Shown piece by piece: positions 1 to 13,691 of a DNA stretch of 64,000 nucleotides; the first letter of the stretch is position 1; every line of letters begins with the position of its first letter. This DNA comes from Phoronis australis (lineage: Eukaryota; Animalia; Phoronida). The notes beneath the pieces are model-generated. The model saw only the letters and a program-made list of their open reading frames with translations. It was not told the DNA's origin and did no database searches. The stretch covers positions 114,353-178,352 of the forward strand of contig NMRA01000004.1 of the NCBI GenBank assembly GCA_002633005.1. The letters are read 5' to 3'. The translations under genes were made by a program, and so were the position numbers.

Positions 1-140
1 GAGCCACTGTGAATGTGATGACCGCCAAAGTCATTGATACAGCTGGGATCAGGTAACCATAGAAATAGTTGACCTCCTGCTGGACGTAGGCCACCAGAGC
101 AAAAGCTATGGCCGACCCAAGGTTGATAAACCAGTAGAAC
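1..140 (-). CDS. SLC15A4: SLC15/POT oligopeptide transporter, coding exon 4 (partial, continues past window edge)
   Basis: Acceptor tgtcag|G at 142/141; reads (W)FYWFINLGSAIAFALVAYVQQEVNYFYGYLIPAVSMTLAVITFTVA, the POT FYxxINxG motif; phase fits previous exon. Symbol means SLC15A4-like; orthology not tested. Confidence 0.88.
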
Positions 141-961
141 CTGACACAGGTGAGAGTAGAGATCAATGAGAATTATGCTTCACTCAGATATGCTGATGGC
201 TGATCTGATATTGATGAATGAGTGAAAACTGAACATAACAGCAATTAAGTCATTCAGTAGTTTTCAAAGTGACGAAATAGCACATTAACCTCTAGACTTA
301 AAAGTGCAACAGAAAAAAGGCAGATAATTGAGTGGCATACTGATATTCTGTACCACACATGTTGGATTGTTCCAAACATCCCAAGTATTTGCTTAGCCTC
401 AAATTTCCCCTCAGAGGTGAACGATAGCAGCACAGTGTGCAGACTTCAAAATATGTGGCTTTAAACAGGAAAAAGATTGGCTCTATGACTGAAGTTTGCA
501 CAAGCAAGTTATGCGACATTCAAACTAGAGAATGATTGGTCGAATGACTGTAGTTTGCCCATGTGCAAACAAGGTTCGCCTACATTGGGAGATTTGAGAG
601 CACGAAAATACCTCAGGTGTTCTAGATAGTGTAAGATAAAATCAAGTGTGAAGTTTACCTAAGAGAAAGTAACAATAAGATAAACGCTGGTACATAAAAA
701 TATCCGGCCAAAACACTTAAAACACTCTTAGTGTTTCTAATCATTATAAACAAAAGGCACATGCTACAAACATCCCCTTAAAACAAGATAAGGATTGATT
801 TGGAGAAATCTTTTGAATTTGTCCAAGGTCATGTGGTCAGCCCCACTGGTTCTATCCACCTTTCATTCTCACTAGGGGGCTAGTCATCAAAGGAGTGACT
901 CTATTCACTAGGTCAGTAGTTAAGGTAATTACTGTTTCTTATCAGTTCAAATCTAAATAGA

Positions 962-1741
962 AGGCTTGAAAGCATCCAGGGTCTACTTTTAAATTTTCTT
1001 TTTTCGGACATGAAAACTGATAGAAACCATAAAATCTGAATAGAAGAGTAAAAATTAGACTTAATGCGAGTTTCGGAGTATTCAAAATTGGTTGAGGAAC
1101 AGCGACTTTGTCAAGAAAATTCAAACCTTGAGCTATTTAGCTATTCATTGGAAAAAAAGTTCCATCATGGCTACTGCATCACTAATCACTAACTCAAGGT
1201 GGAAGCATGACATACCGTAATCGTTCGGGTTAACGCCCTGGGCGGTTAAATTGGCGAATCCAAAAAATCAGGGGAGGGCGGTTAACCAAGCAGTGGGCGG
1301 TTAAATCGAAAATCCAGCTAAAGTAGGGGATGGGCAGTTAACCGAACATGGGCGCTTATTACGACAGACAACCGCCCTGGGCGGTTAATCTTACCTGGTG
1401 ATCTAAATCCCGACACGACAATCATACTCGGAACGCGTAGCCCTTTTCAAAGAGCTTTATCGTCACGTCGCCAAATGACAGTGAAAANAGGCTTGAAAGC
1501 ATCCAGGGTCTACTTTTAAATTTTCTTTTTTCGGACATGAAAACTGATAGAAACCATAAAATCTGAATAGAAGAGTAAAAATTAGACTTAAAGCGAGTTT
1601 CGGAGTATTCAAAATTGGTTGAGGAACAGCGACTTTGTCAAGAAAATTCAAACCTTGAGCTATTTAGCTATTCATTGGAAAAAAAGTTCCATCATGGCTA
1701 CTGCATCACTAATCACTAACTCAAGGTGGAAGCATGACATA
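962..1741. repeat. 253-bp near-perfect direct duplication (962-1214 and 1489-1741) across an n junction
   Basis: Copies identical except t1065/a1592; n at 1488 immediately precedes copy 2. Confidence 0.9.
1215..1487. mobile_element. Left end of a TA-inserted DNA transposon/MITE (CCGTA terminus, repeated GGGCGGTTAA motifs), cut by a contig join
   Basis: Starts right after gacaTA, where duplicate copy 2 continues differently; GGGCGGTTAA-like motif repeated about 5 times; similar motif at 18485-18528. Confidence 0.6.
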
Positions 1742-2751
1742 CAATGTTGACGCCATCCGATGACTGAGACTGAATGGAGCATAATAACGCGAAACTGAAC
1801 ATACAAACTCTCTTCAAACCACAAAAAAATTTTTACTGTGGTAGCCATATTTGTTTCAGTGGATTAAGCATTCCCACAGACTTACATCGCTAGACTAAAT
1901 TTTATGCCATGTTCAGAAGTGGAGTAAACTTCATAACATAGTAAATTTAGTAGTAAATAGCCACATTTACATGGGAGACAGTTGACACAGACCAATTAAC
2001 ACTGAACAGCTGATCAGGCGAATGTGTGTATGTGTGCGTAAACATGACTGACACGGAACAAGTTGACACAACGGCGGCCATTTTTTGACACTGGTTTGAG
2101 AAGTAAAGCAAATAGATCAGCATATCTTTAGAAATGCGTGACTTCGTTGGAAGCGTATTATTCACGGTATGAGAATCAGCATGTACAGGTGATCCGCTAC
2201 CATTTCACGTGGTTTGAACTTTCGGTATTGTTTATACAACAATGTGCAGACAGTCTTCGTGCAACTGATCAGTTTGCAACCAAAGTCGCATCATGACAAT
2301 TCGCACCATAACAACTATTCCCCATGTAAAAACTGCTATTGACTGTTCTCACTGAAGTGAATTGAGTTGCAGTCACTAAAGACAGTTAGCCTGGGGGAGT
2401 AAAGATGCAATGGCATAGTAGTTACAGTCCCAACTAAGACAGTTGCATGACTAAGAGTAGGGTTCACAAAGAATGACACTCACTGACCTTGTATGTCAGT
2501 TTCAAAAGGACTATTGTGTGTGAAGACTGCCATGATTTACAACTGTCCCCAAATTTATATCTAAGCCACTATTTGGTCTAGTTACTCATTTTAATGAGCT
2601 GTGCCCCTTCCAAGCTCAAAATGGGAAACCAGAAGTGTTACCATATTTAATACAAAACAACAGTCACACTAGCTTGAGACCAGATGTGTACACACAAAAA
2701 CAGAAAATGTAATTCAGTGGATAATGTTTACAGAGTGATCAGTACACATAC

Positions 2752-2891
2752 CACTGAAAAAACGATTGCACAGCACCCTGTCCTAAGTCCTCCAGCTGGC
2801 TAGCACCAAAGGGACCAACATTAGCCTTAATTCCTCCTGTTCCTATGGCAACAGTGAAGAGACCAATCAGGAAGTAGAGCTGTTTGAATGT
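2752..2891 (-). CDS. SLC15A4: SLC15/POT transporter, coding exon 3
   Basis: ttttcccag|ACA...CAG TG|gtatgt; TFKQLYFLIGLFTVAIGTGGIKANVGPFGASQLEDLGQGAVQSFFQW contains the PTR2 GTGGIKxxxxxFGxxQ motif. Confidence 0.92.
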
Positions 2892-5800
2892 CTGGGAAAA
2901 AAGATGAAAACATTCAAACAATGTGGATTAAATGACAACAAAATTTCAGAATATATTTAATTTTTGAAGTTCCAAATCAAATTAGTACATACTGGAGCTG
3001 AAAGGAAATCATATTTTTATTAATGATTTTAGAACGAGTCAATTATCTTACAGACATATACAATCTTATGTTAATTATTGTTCCTCTGGGGCTAAGAAAC
3101 TTAGCAGTAATGTAGACATAATCCCATCTTCTTTAGCTTAATGTCATCAAAGTGACACAAAAACACAGCCTTTAAAGAACACAGTTAACAATTTCTCTTT
3201 TCGGTTAACAGTTCAGTTAGTCATTAGTTCGTGTTCTTCACAATTCGTGACTTCATCTACTACGGTAAAAATTCTTCACTTTGAGACACAATGGTGGACA
3301 GGTGAATTTCATTTTGTCAAATTTCTCAACAAAAATAACTTTTAAGGAAAGTTTACTGTGATTTTAGCATGGTTTATATGGCGTAGCTATAACCAAACAA
3401 CACTTTTGAACATTCACAATGATGTGGTACGCCTCTGAAACTAGAAATTCGGCAATTTTAACAATTAGTTTCATTCCAAATCATAACTTATACAGCAGAA
3501 AGCTCGTTTAATGAATAACATAAAGCCTCCTCTTATCGTCTACACAATTTTCATCTACACAAACACCACTCGGGCGAAGTTGGCCGGGTACAGCCCGATG
3601 CCATGTGAAGTGCTTTGAATCAGGAACAAAACTAAAAATTATTACCAACTTAGTTATCATTATAGTTAGTACCAGTAGCTGCAACAATCTTGATGTTGTT
3701 GTTCATCTACATCGTTCCTATCTTTAACAGATATGCTAGGGCTGGATGTTTTCCACGGGGGGAGGGGGGGTTCGATTCGATCAAACCTCCCCTCCCCCTC
3801 CCCCCCTCCCCTCTGGCTATGGGCTGTATTGAGTACTAAATATATTTTGTACATGTATGTACGTAAGATACAGTCCATTTACTGACCTGGGCTCTGATGA
3901 TTCAGTATTGTAATGAATTAGGGAGATATGATAACAACTGTTTTAGCAGATACTTGAGATTAAAACCACCTTCAGTGGTCAGAACACAATGGCCCAAATG
4001 ACTGACTATGAAGATTGCTACTGGTTTATCACCAGGCACTTCATAGTGCCATCCACACAACCACCTAATTTAGAACAAGTTACTCCCAGAATGAAAGAGT
4101 AACTTGTTCTGGGCTAGCTAATGCACCACTTCTAACCATGCGGTCACAAACTTGGCACAAGGTGGATTTAACTAAAAGCTACAACCTTGCGCAGTCACAA
4201 TCTTGTCTTCTTTTTCATGCTGTATTTACATAAGCCGTTCATTGTCATGCTGAGAGCCACAATTTCGGCCTTGTGCTAATTATCAGAAGTGTGTCAACGC
4301 TCCACTTAAAGTGGGGCAAGTTGAACTAGTGCGAGTTGGTCTATGTTAAGTCTGTGTGGATGCATGGACTTTTGGCTCGGTGCACCCAAGAAAAATGGCA
4401 GGTTTTGTCATGGGGAACAAAAGGCCCTAATAAAAAACAATATCTCTGCGGGAAGCCGACTCAGTAAAACGTCTTTAATTAGCCCTCGAGATTCGAATTA
4501 ATTTCAGACTCTTGACGTCAGAATGTAGCATAACTGCAAAAGCCCACATTTCAGTGTCCTAACTTAAACAGAAACTAAGTATTTTTTTTTGACATATTTG
4601 AGCATACAAACTACACTTTTGCCACCTATTGTGAATTCACAAAACTATAAGCAAGGCAGAATGTGAAACACGATTTCAAGAATAATCTTGGACTTTTGTG
4701 AACTGTAAATGGGGATTTATTAACAACATTTTGGGTATAATTGGGATCTTTTTCACTTGAGAATACCCTGGTACTGTGATATGGCCGGAACATTATGTAC
4801 TCCTGACCTCTACCCCAAGTATTAAGATCATTCAGATAACCATCAGTATTCTTGGCTAAGGCATGCAAGCCAGTGAGTCCTCCATTGTGTTGTCCTTATC
4901 ACCAGGAATATTCAGGAAAACATTTCAAAATGTCTTCCTGTTAATATTATTATGCGTGATCTTATCAACATGTCTGTGTATTTAACCAGGTATCTATAAA
5001 ACTATAGATTTTAACGGTAAAATACATTTTCTAAAAGTAGTAAGCCTATAGAATTTGATTCTTGAATTTACTTCAATCAGCTATTGATTGCACCACATCT
5101 TTTTAGTGAAATTTAGCAAAAAAGAAAGGTATTATGTAAAGCTTGATCAGCCTATCTGAACATTGCTAACATAATGAATATTTCAACACAATGAAGATGT
5201 GATATTCCTACTAATTTTCCTACACTGTAGCAATATTAAAGGAACTCCCAAGGTTAAACATTAAATAAATTATTATGATTTATGAATTTCTATTCCTACT
5301 TGAAAAGACATAAAATATGGCCAGTGACACTTGACAGAATAGAATGAACATAACAATGATGACTACAGAGAAATATAGCCTTGTATACTACATGAAAAAA
5401 CAACAAAAGTGCAGCTGAAGTCATCCAATAAAAGAGAAGTCAACAGTAATCAAAAATAGCTCAAAATGTAAACAGATAATAAATGGCTTTCACAGGGGAA
5501 CATGTTAGGTCTAATGGATCAAGCACTACATATAACCAAGAGGTTTATGTGAGTTCAAAATGTTTTCACTGAGACATCTCTTCCTCAGTGAAAGTGACCA
5601 GGGTACCAAACAAAGAAAAAATGCAATGCATTAAAGCAGAGAAACCATTGAAATGCAACAGTAATTACACCGCAAATGGTATGCTTCTAGGGGTGTTTAT
5701 TAGTCCTATAAAAATGGCCAACAGCTGGTGCAAAATACACTGAACCCAAAAGAAAATGGAAAGGCGTCATCATTTCCCTATGAAACATATTTACCAGTAT

Positions 5801-6674
5801 TTCATAAAATTTATATGGCAAGGATCTCCAAATACACCGACAAAATTACCACGACCAGGAGACACAGCTGTAGCCAAAATTTGCCCAAAAGAAATAGGAA
5901 TACACTAACCAAACTTTACAACAATCCTGCAAAGGGATAGGTGCATAAAAACAGAGAACAGCCAAGCACTTAAAAACAGCTGTCTGTTATCCAACATGAG
6001 TGACCTTGAATTGGTTATGCACATAGTTGTAAGTCAGGAGTGTATATCACTATAAATAGCAAGTGCTATGCAAACACTACACTGAGCACATTGTAACGAA
6101 GTCACATGCAAACAGCCCTGGGCCCAGAAGGGATCCAGACACGCCAGCTCAGACTTTTTACATCCAGCAGTGACGAACGAATTTAAATTGACTTTTTTCT
6201 GCCTGTTGAGCCCCCGTCTACCTTTGATCTCGTCACTATTTCTTAACATGAAATATTATAGCTCTTGTAAACAGGACTTCTAACTAATAAGTAATTTTTC
6301 ATTTAGTCCACTATCTGTTATGAATTAGTTAGAATTGGGTTCCTAACTAGGCACGTTTTATCACCCCGTCTCCAACCCATTTCATCAAGATTTTAAAATG
6401 GACTTAGATAATATAGTGAAAATGAGGATGTTGGGACAGAACTTTCATTCAGATTACATAGGGATTTCCATGCTTGCAAATATCTGAAAGTTCATTCGAT
6501 ATTGCTTGGTGCCAAAAATACCTGGATCAAGCCGAGCACCATCCGTTCTTCTCAAGCCAGAACATAGTACGAAAGAGGCACATTTACTATGGTAGGTAGG
6601 CATAAGGCTTACAAAAGTTACATTAAAGGTTATTTTGTGACACAATACTTTGTTTAACATTTAATTATACTTAC

Positions 6675-6835
6675 TATACTCATGTCCCAGGACTGAAGAA
6701 CCTGTCCAAAGGCTGCTGTAGGTAGCAACAGGGCACCTATGATGTAGATTAGACCAGCACCGTATATTGCATTGTAGCGTCCAGCTATGGAGTCGGCAAT
6801 CAGTCCGCCGATAATGGGCAGAAAATAACATGTTC
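6675..6835 (-). CDS. SLC15A4: SLC15/POT transporter, coding exon 2 (absent from ORF track)
   Basis: ttttctgcag|GA...ATA|gtaagt; GTCYFLPIIGGLIADSIAGRYNAIYGAGLIYIIGALLLPTAAFGQVLQSWDMSI carries the GGxxADxxxGRY PTR2 signature; phases 1 and 0 match neighbours. Confidence 0.92.
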
Positions 6836-7968
6836 CTGCAGAAAATTAAAGCACAACTGGAAAGTAGCTTGTAGTAAATTGTTTTCTATTTCTCAAACTG
6901 TACTAATTGTTTACACGATACAGTTTGCACACCGTGCAATTAATTCCAGTGGCACGAATACAGGCACCATGACAATCAATTTTAATAAATCTTTGGATTT
7001 TTACATTGTGCTGATACTGTGAGACAAATGTCATCATCCTTTATTGCACTGAAGACTTTGTCATAAACGAATGTACTGGTTGAACTATTCTACCTGGAAT
7101 ACATGGGAAACCTGAACAATTACAACTACAAAAGCAAAGTAAAACATCATTTTACACTAATTCTTGTGAATATGAATATGCACTAATCAGATTAATATGG
7201 ACAAAGCTGAAAATCCACTGGTGCTAGAGCATCGCAGCGATACACCTCTAAATGAAGGTCTATCAAAAAATCTGTCAAGTCATTTTGACAATTATACTAA
7301 AGTTGAGCAATATCTTATCAATTACCAAAGTGGCCAAAAGAGGATGACACGTTACTCAAACCGTCTGAACACCGCATGGTGCTGGCATATTCCTACCACT
7401 ATTTTCAACAAATTTGTGAAATGCCGATTCTTCTGTAGCTTGTACAAAACACGGATTCAGATATTTAATAGTAATAAAAATAAAGACCTTCGATCTAGCA
7501 CTGATGAATTTTTAAAACAAAAGATTCAGTGAGATGATAGCTAAGTAGGAACAAGCTTATTCTGATAAAGCAGGTCTACACAATAATACAGTCCACACGT
7601 GTCAAAATTTGCACTGAAAACTAATTGGGTGCTCAAGAGTCCAGTACTCAACAGCATTCATCAAACTTGTGAGAGGTCACAGCCCAATTATGGCTTCACA
7701 ACAAGGTAGTGGTGAAACTACCCATGGCAGAGATTCCTTTCAGATGTGGGTATTATCTATAAACACTGTACTGTCTTCAAGTATAAACTTCACAGCACTT
7801 TTAAAAATGTTGGTACATCTTCTATTTGGAGAATAGCTAAATTTCAGAGACACTTCAGACATATTCTCTAGTCAAACAGAAAAATGTAGTTTCTTTCCAC
7901 GGTGTTTCAGGCTGAGATCACTGCAATTAATAGAGCTGCTCAACTGGCACAACAATATAACACTGAAC

Positions 7969-8428
7969 TTGGCAAATTGGCCAATTACCATCTTTTCAGA
8001 TAGCCAGGCAGCAATAAAAGCCCTAAAGAAACTAAGGGTCAACTCTGGTTGTGTTAATACTTGTATTAATGAGCTTAACAATTATAAGCTTGCAATTGAA
8101 AGAACTGTCAATATACGCTGGGTCAGGGCCCATGTGGGAATTGATGGCAATGAGAATGCAGACAGACTCGCCAAGATAGGAGCAAGCGTTCTGCATTTTG
8201 TGCCTGAACCTGCTATCCCGGTATCTTACGGATCTTGCAGGATGAGTATACGCAACTGGGTACATACCCAGTCAGCAGCCCAGTGGGCATCACTTAACTC
8301 CTGCAGAGAGACCAAGGAGAATTTTCCCAACGTGATCGAACCAATAGGTTCAAAAAGCCTTCTGAGTCTAGATAGATTGGGTATAAGACACGTCATTCAA
8401 ATTTTGACATGCCACTGCAACCTAGCCC
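7969..8428 (+). mobile_element. Non-LTR retrotransposon fragment encoding an RNase HI domain, antisense within an SLC15 intron
   Basis: IFSDSQAAIKAL...IRWVRAHVGIDGNENADRLAK is the typical non-LTR RNase H motif set, followed by a LINE-like tail (...QILTCHCNL); ends at n 8429. Confidence 0.85.
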
Positions 8429-8500
8429 NAACTAATAACATTTCAGACATCGTATACTAAGACAGGGAATGTATTGCTGCAATTTTGAAAGTTAACTTAC

Positions 8501-8660
8501 CTATGAAAGCACCATTTATAATTAGAGCGCTTGAAGTACCTAAGTGAAGGTTTTCTGACAGGAAGACAACTACATTGGCTGTTATACTATAGAACGTAAG
8601 CCTCTCGCACAGCTCAGTAACCAGGATGCAGCAGGCAACGAATCTCCGGTTGGCATCCAT
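8501..8660 (-). CDS. SLC15A4: SLC15/POT transporter, first coding exon
   Basis: ATG at 8660; MDANRRFVACCILVTELCERLTFYSITANVVVFL contains the ExxER motif; donor ATA G|gtaagt at 8500; acceptor ttccag| at 8714 implies an upstream UTR exon. Confidence 0.9.
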
Positions 8661-9976
8661 GACTTGATGATCTCAACTGTTCTACAGCAATGCCACTGAT
8701 TGAACGGACAATCCTGGAATTGAAAAAACAGTGATGAACTAGAAACCTATTCTTCACAAATCCACAAGTCTGCCATTAGAAGCTCACTAATACTGGAATT
8801 TTGCACCTGCAACAGATAAACCATCACTAGTTCAAGGCTGCGAATCATAACGTAACAAATTGGCGACACCAGTGTTTGTCAGTACAGGTGAAACAGGTAA
8901 AAGTTGAGTCTTGTGTAATAACTAGAACAGGGCCAACCAAGATTGAAGCAGACAGTTTGGATAAGGAAAGATTAAAAGCTCAGGAATTCCAGAAGTTGGC
9001 AGACTCAAACTAGCACCCCAACAGGTTATAGTGGTAGAGAGCGCCAAAGCATGTCAGCGGCACTCAGGTCAATATATTAGCAGCACTCAGGCCAACATTG
9101 GACAGCAATTAACTGCATCACATGCCAAGAATTGTATGACACTTGGCTTATTTCAAAATCGGATTCCGCCTGGTGGTTTGATATCTATTTATATTAATTA
9201 TAATATTTAAAATGAGGATGGCCGTTTCAGTGACAGCACTGCTTTCCAAGAGGGCTCAATTATGTTGCAGACCATGCAGAAATGATGAGGAACATATTAA
9301 ATTGTAAGTTTCTATTCCTGAAATGTCTGTGTGCGTTATGCTTGCTGGCCTTGCAATGTCCTGGCAATTCAAAGTGAGGGTTTCATTGCTGAAAAACAAT
9401 TTCCTCATTGTACTATTGTCTTCGTACCTGATAAGTGTGACGTTTGTGACTTTTGAATATCCCCAACACCACCAGCCTTATGTAATCCAGGAACATCAAG
9501 GCTGTACAATCATTTAACATTCAGTTAGATGATGTATACAACAGGTGCCATGTTGCTTTACATTGCCAATGGGCACGTGTGTTTGAGACTCAAATGCCAG
9601 GGCTTTTGGAAAGGATATTCAACCATACTAGTAACTGTTTCAGTGTGTTATAGAGCAAGGTCAGGTTAAAGAGTGCAAAACATGCTTCATAGGTAAATTC
9701 TTATTAAAACTAGGAAAGTAGGTACAAATTATAACAGCAATTAGGGTAAATGGGGAGACACACAATGTATTCTCAAAAACCGTACACAGTACAAGCTAAT
9801 TTTAATTACCAGTATTTAAAAGCAATGGTTAAAATTGGCAACTGCCAAGGGTATCAAGCCTTGGCGGAACGCTGTATACCGGTATACTAAATATGCAACT
9901 TTGTGCCAATATGGGTAAAAGCTGTTCAATTGAAATTTGACACAAAGTTATTCTCATTAAAAAGTTCACTCTTCCT

Positions 9977-10684
9977 TAAGGTTATTTCAAACCTTATTTA
10001 GTGGCCTCTATTCTAACTCGTATATAAAAAACTAAGCTTTGTCAACTAGTAAAAGTATATATTTTCTGAAAGAACAAAGACCAGGAAACATAAATATACT
10101 TTTTGTATTTATTTGTCATTATTATTTTTACGTAAAAACCTTTTTTAAGTAAAAATTTCATTTTTAAGAAAGGTACATTCATAGCAAAATAACCCCTTGG
10201 TCGATTTTAACGAAACCTTTTTTAAATGAAAACTTCATCAATTACCTCAAAAACGCTGTTAGAAATTTTCGATTAGTTTGTTCGTTTGGTTTCTATGACA
10301 AATAAACTCGCAAAACGTAAGGTATTTTTGTAAAAAATTGAAGTCGTATTCGTCTTTGCCATATTACACAAAAACTAAGCTTTTATATCAAAAATCCTAA
10401 CAGCGTTTTTGAGATTGGTGACTAAATATTAAGTTTGGAAAGTTTCAGCAAAATCCATCGAGCCATTTTCGAGAACTCGTGTTCCTAAGTTCAAATAAAG
10501 TTGATTTGCTGAAGCCAAGAAAAAGCCGATTAAACTGGGACACCTGAAAATCTCTAAATCTTTGGTTAATTATTCTGTGAAAACTTGTTTTCGGTATACA
10601 TAACCTATAGAATCCTTAACTATGTAACCTATTTCAATGTTTTCTTGCAATGTCAACTAATTTTGCAATGCGTAACTAACTTAA
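9977..10684. mobile_element. Probable non-autonomous DNA transposon remnant (boundaries approximate)
   Basis: Very AT-rich block with internal inverted repeat ctcaaaaacgctgttag (10246-10262 vs 10397-10413) and direct repeat aaaaactaagcttt; TTAA near both ends; terminal repeats not resolved. Confidence 0.3.
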
Positions 10685-12118
10685 ATATCACTGAAACCTC
10701 AAATAGACCTATCTTTCCCAGCCAACTTCTGCCGTTTTGTACGACCTACTTAGAAAAGTAGGTCACAGTTCATAGCCTGTACACGTCACGTGCTGGGAGA
10801 CTGATACCAAACCAAGTAAGAAATGGATAACAAAAATTGAATTGGTGGTTAAAGTAAGTCGTTAACATGAAATCGAAACATCGAAATGTTAACTTGATAA
10901 TTGAATTAAGGAATAAGGGGGAGGATTTATCTCTTTTCACAACTTGCTGTGTTCATGACCAGACTGAGGCTTCAGGCAACTCGTAGCATTCGTTTTCAAC
11001 GTGAACGGTCGTATGCATGTAGACGCACAACTCCCTTAGGATCAAAACTACGTTTTGTCTTCGTTTTCCCCGGCACCATTCTATCATAACCACACCTCGT
11101 TGGTTCAATGTTATGGCGAATTTGTGAATGAAAGGACTGAGGGTATACCGAAGCTGTTCTGTACCTGGCGGGAGACTCAATTTACTTGAAAGCCCTTTAA
11201 TCTTTGACCTTGGATAAGTGTTTTTTTTCTCGCTACGCAGTATATATTTCGTATTTGAAGTTCCCCGAGAATGAAGATAAGGTATTTTGCTAGACACAAG
11301 TGAAATATTGTAAAAATGGACAGTTTTTGTGAATAAGGTTGGAAATATCCTTAAGTAAATTAAATTATCTAACGGTATTAGAAAAATTGGGATTCTACCA
11401 TCTTTTTATTCTGCTGCTAAAGTTGTGGAGCGATCATTATGCAAGACAGTTTCTGACGTTTCTTGAACCTAATGTTCTCCACAAGGTTGCGAACATGTCA
11501 CAACAAATTGTCAGAACTGGTTCCATTTCCTGGCGCATGCATGTGCCATGAGCTCACTGGTTTCGAAATGACAAATTTTTTCTTTGTTGCAAAAGGCGGA
11601 GAATAATGCAAGAAAATGATGTTTATTAGAAGATTGTTTTTGCACTAAAATGACTACAACAGGCAAGATGAGTGATGGTTGCATGCACCCCTGCCGTTTG
11701 TTAGGTGACATAAGTTCCGTAACAAGGTGAGGAGCAGAACCACCTGGGCAGTGTGAAATTTGGACTGGGAGGTATATTGGTAGGCAATTACATCGCCTTG
11801 GATGCCGCAGACATACAAAGGCGATAGTACATCCCCACAAAAAGTTACTCATTGCAAAATACATGAAATAAAAGTCAAATGAAACATGCATGTATGCACA
11901 TGGAGTTATAAACAACTCATACCATAAGCCTGGAAACGATTCAGCCAAGATAATTTGAACAAATTAATGAAAATCTGTCGCGGTTTGCTCGAGTTTCTCT
12001 TACCGGGTGCCATTTTGAGGAACGTGAAATCACGCATGACGAATAAAAAGTCCAAGGGACAAAAATCTTACAAATTTCACATGATACCTTATGCTATTTT
12101 GCAAGTGTCAAGCGCTAG

Positions 12119-12584
12119 CCAGGCCTTTATGCAATGTAGGTCCTGGCACTAATATGGAGGCCCTGGCAAGGATGCCCAATGTATCATTTGGACACCCCCT
12201 ATCAATAAGAACCTTTCAATTTTGGACACACACATTATAATGATTAGGAAGCCTATGAAGACTCACAGAGGTGGCTCTTTTTTCAAAGCAGGAAGAAATA
12301 ATATACAATGTATATACAAAGTATATACAATGTTGCTATGCTCACACTTGGTTGACATTGTAAAAGTCTTGGTCTACACATTTTTTTTGGTAAAAATGCT
12401 CACTACAGAAGGCTGTTTTGTAAACTTAGATGTAAAAACCTTGGTCTGTGCATTTTTTGTAAAAAAATCTGTGTGTTTGGGGGATTACTGGGGGTGGGGG
12501 TTACGCGTCGGAATCATGGATGCCCTGGAATAATGGGAACCCATTTTGGACACCCTATTTTCGAAATCCTGGATAAAGGCCTGG
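12119..12584. mobile_element. MITE-like element with ccaggcctttat / ataaaggcctgg terminal inverted repeats
   Basis: 12-bp perfect TIR; internal tttggacac repeats; TSD unclear. Confidence 0.6.
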
Positions 12585-13602
12585 CGCAACGTCTTGCGCT
12601 AGCCTTTGCCTAACTCACTTGACTCAGTTGACATACTTGTGTTTATCGCGCGTGTGGTGAAAAATTTAATGGTTACCAAAAAAGTGGAGTTGGAATTCTT
12701 TGCCAAAGTCACCTTAATTCTCACAACTAAACTTTATCGAAGGTATGTATAGAAGTAGAAAGGACCAATGAAGAACGTTAGCGCTTTTTTAAGAGATAAT
12801 TTTAAGTATGGAATGTATTTTTGACGAGGTGAAAACTCAAAATCGGTGGCCGGATTTGGCCTACCATCCGTTTAAAATACATGGAACGAAATGCGTACAT
12901 AAAGCGATTGGAAGTATTGTAGAACCAAACCGGCCAACCAAGGGAGGGGCTACCTGTTGCCTAGTCTATTGGAGCTTAACACACAGTGGTTCTAAGCTGT
13001 ATTTTGACAACAATCTTCATACAGGCAAGCATGCCATGCAGCTCTCCAGAACTAATACCAAAAACAAGCAAAAATGTATCACGCATGAGCTTTAAAAGTA
13101 ATAAAAAGAACTGTATCTTATTGTAAATGTCACATGATGTATCCATATGGACTTGTCCAGTCACTCTTCAAAGTTCGGAAGTTAAAAACACATAAAGTTG
13201 CAAAAGCGAAACATAAAGCCTATAAACCTACCGCAGCCGGAGCACACTACTTCCAGTCGATGTAGTTTTGGTTCATCTTATCACAAAACATAAAAATAGT
13301 TGCCAAAAGCACGAAGTTCGTGTTTACACAACAATAGCAGCCAACTTGCTCCTTTCACCCCATCACACTGCGACCTCTGACGAGCACCGTCAGTTCTGTG
13401 GCGTCAGTGAATCATAGTCGTAAAGTTACGCTGAGTTTTAGCTATAAGACCATGAATCTATTTGTTCCACGTATCCCTACTAGAAATCTGTGATTTCTTC
13501 AAAACCAAGACGTTTTATTTTATATAATTTAAACGAATTGTCACCGCAATTATTCAATTTTACGTGAGACTGCGAGGAGAAGCGTTTCAAAAACGATATG
13601 TG

Positions 13603-13691
13603 ATTGGTTACATTTGTGGGCGCTTCCTTGTTCACAACCAATCTTGGAATTGATAAGTACAGAATACCAACTAGGTCATTTGATGACGTCA
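13603..13691. promoter_or_regulatory. Candidate promoter between divergent SLC15 and OGDH
   Basis: ATTGG 13603-13607, CCAAT 13638-13642, perfect CRE TGACGTCA 13684-13691; locally CpG-rich. Confidence 0.45.

Noticed and set aside
942-1651. Two identical 60-aa ORFs (MNFLDKVAVP...)
   Set aside because: Product of the 253-bp duplication; non-ATG start, no recognisable motif.
4072-4110. 14-bp perfect inverted repeat with 11-nt loop
   Set aside because: Real, but isolated, with no TSD or context to assign a function.
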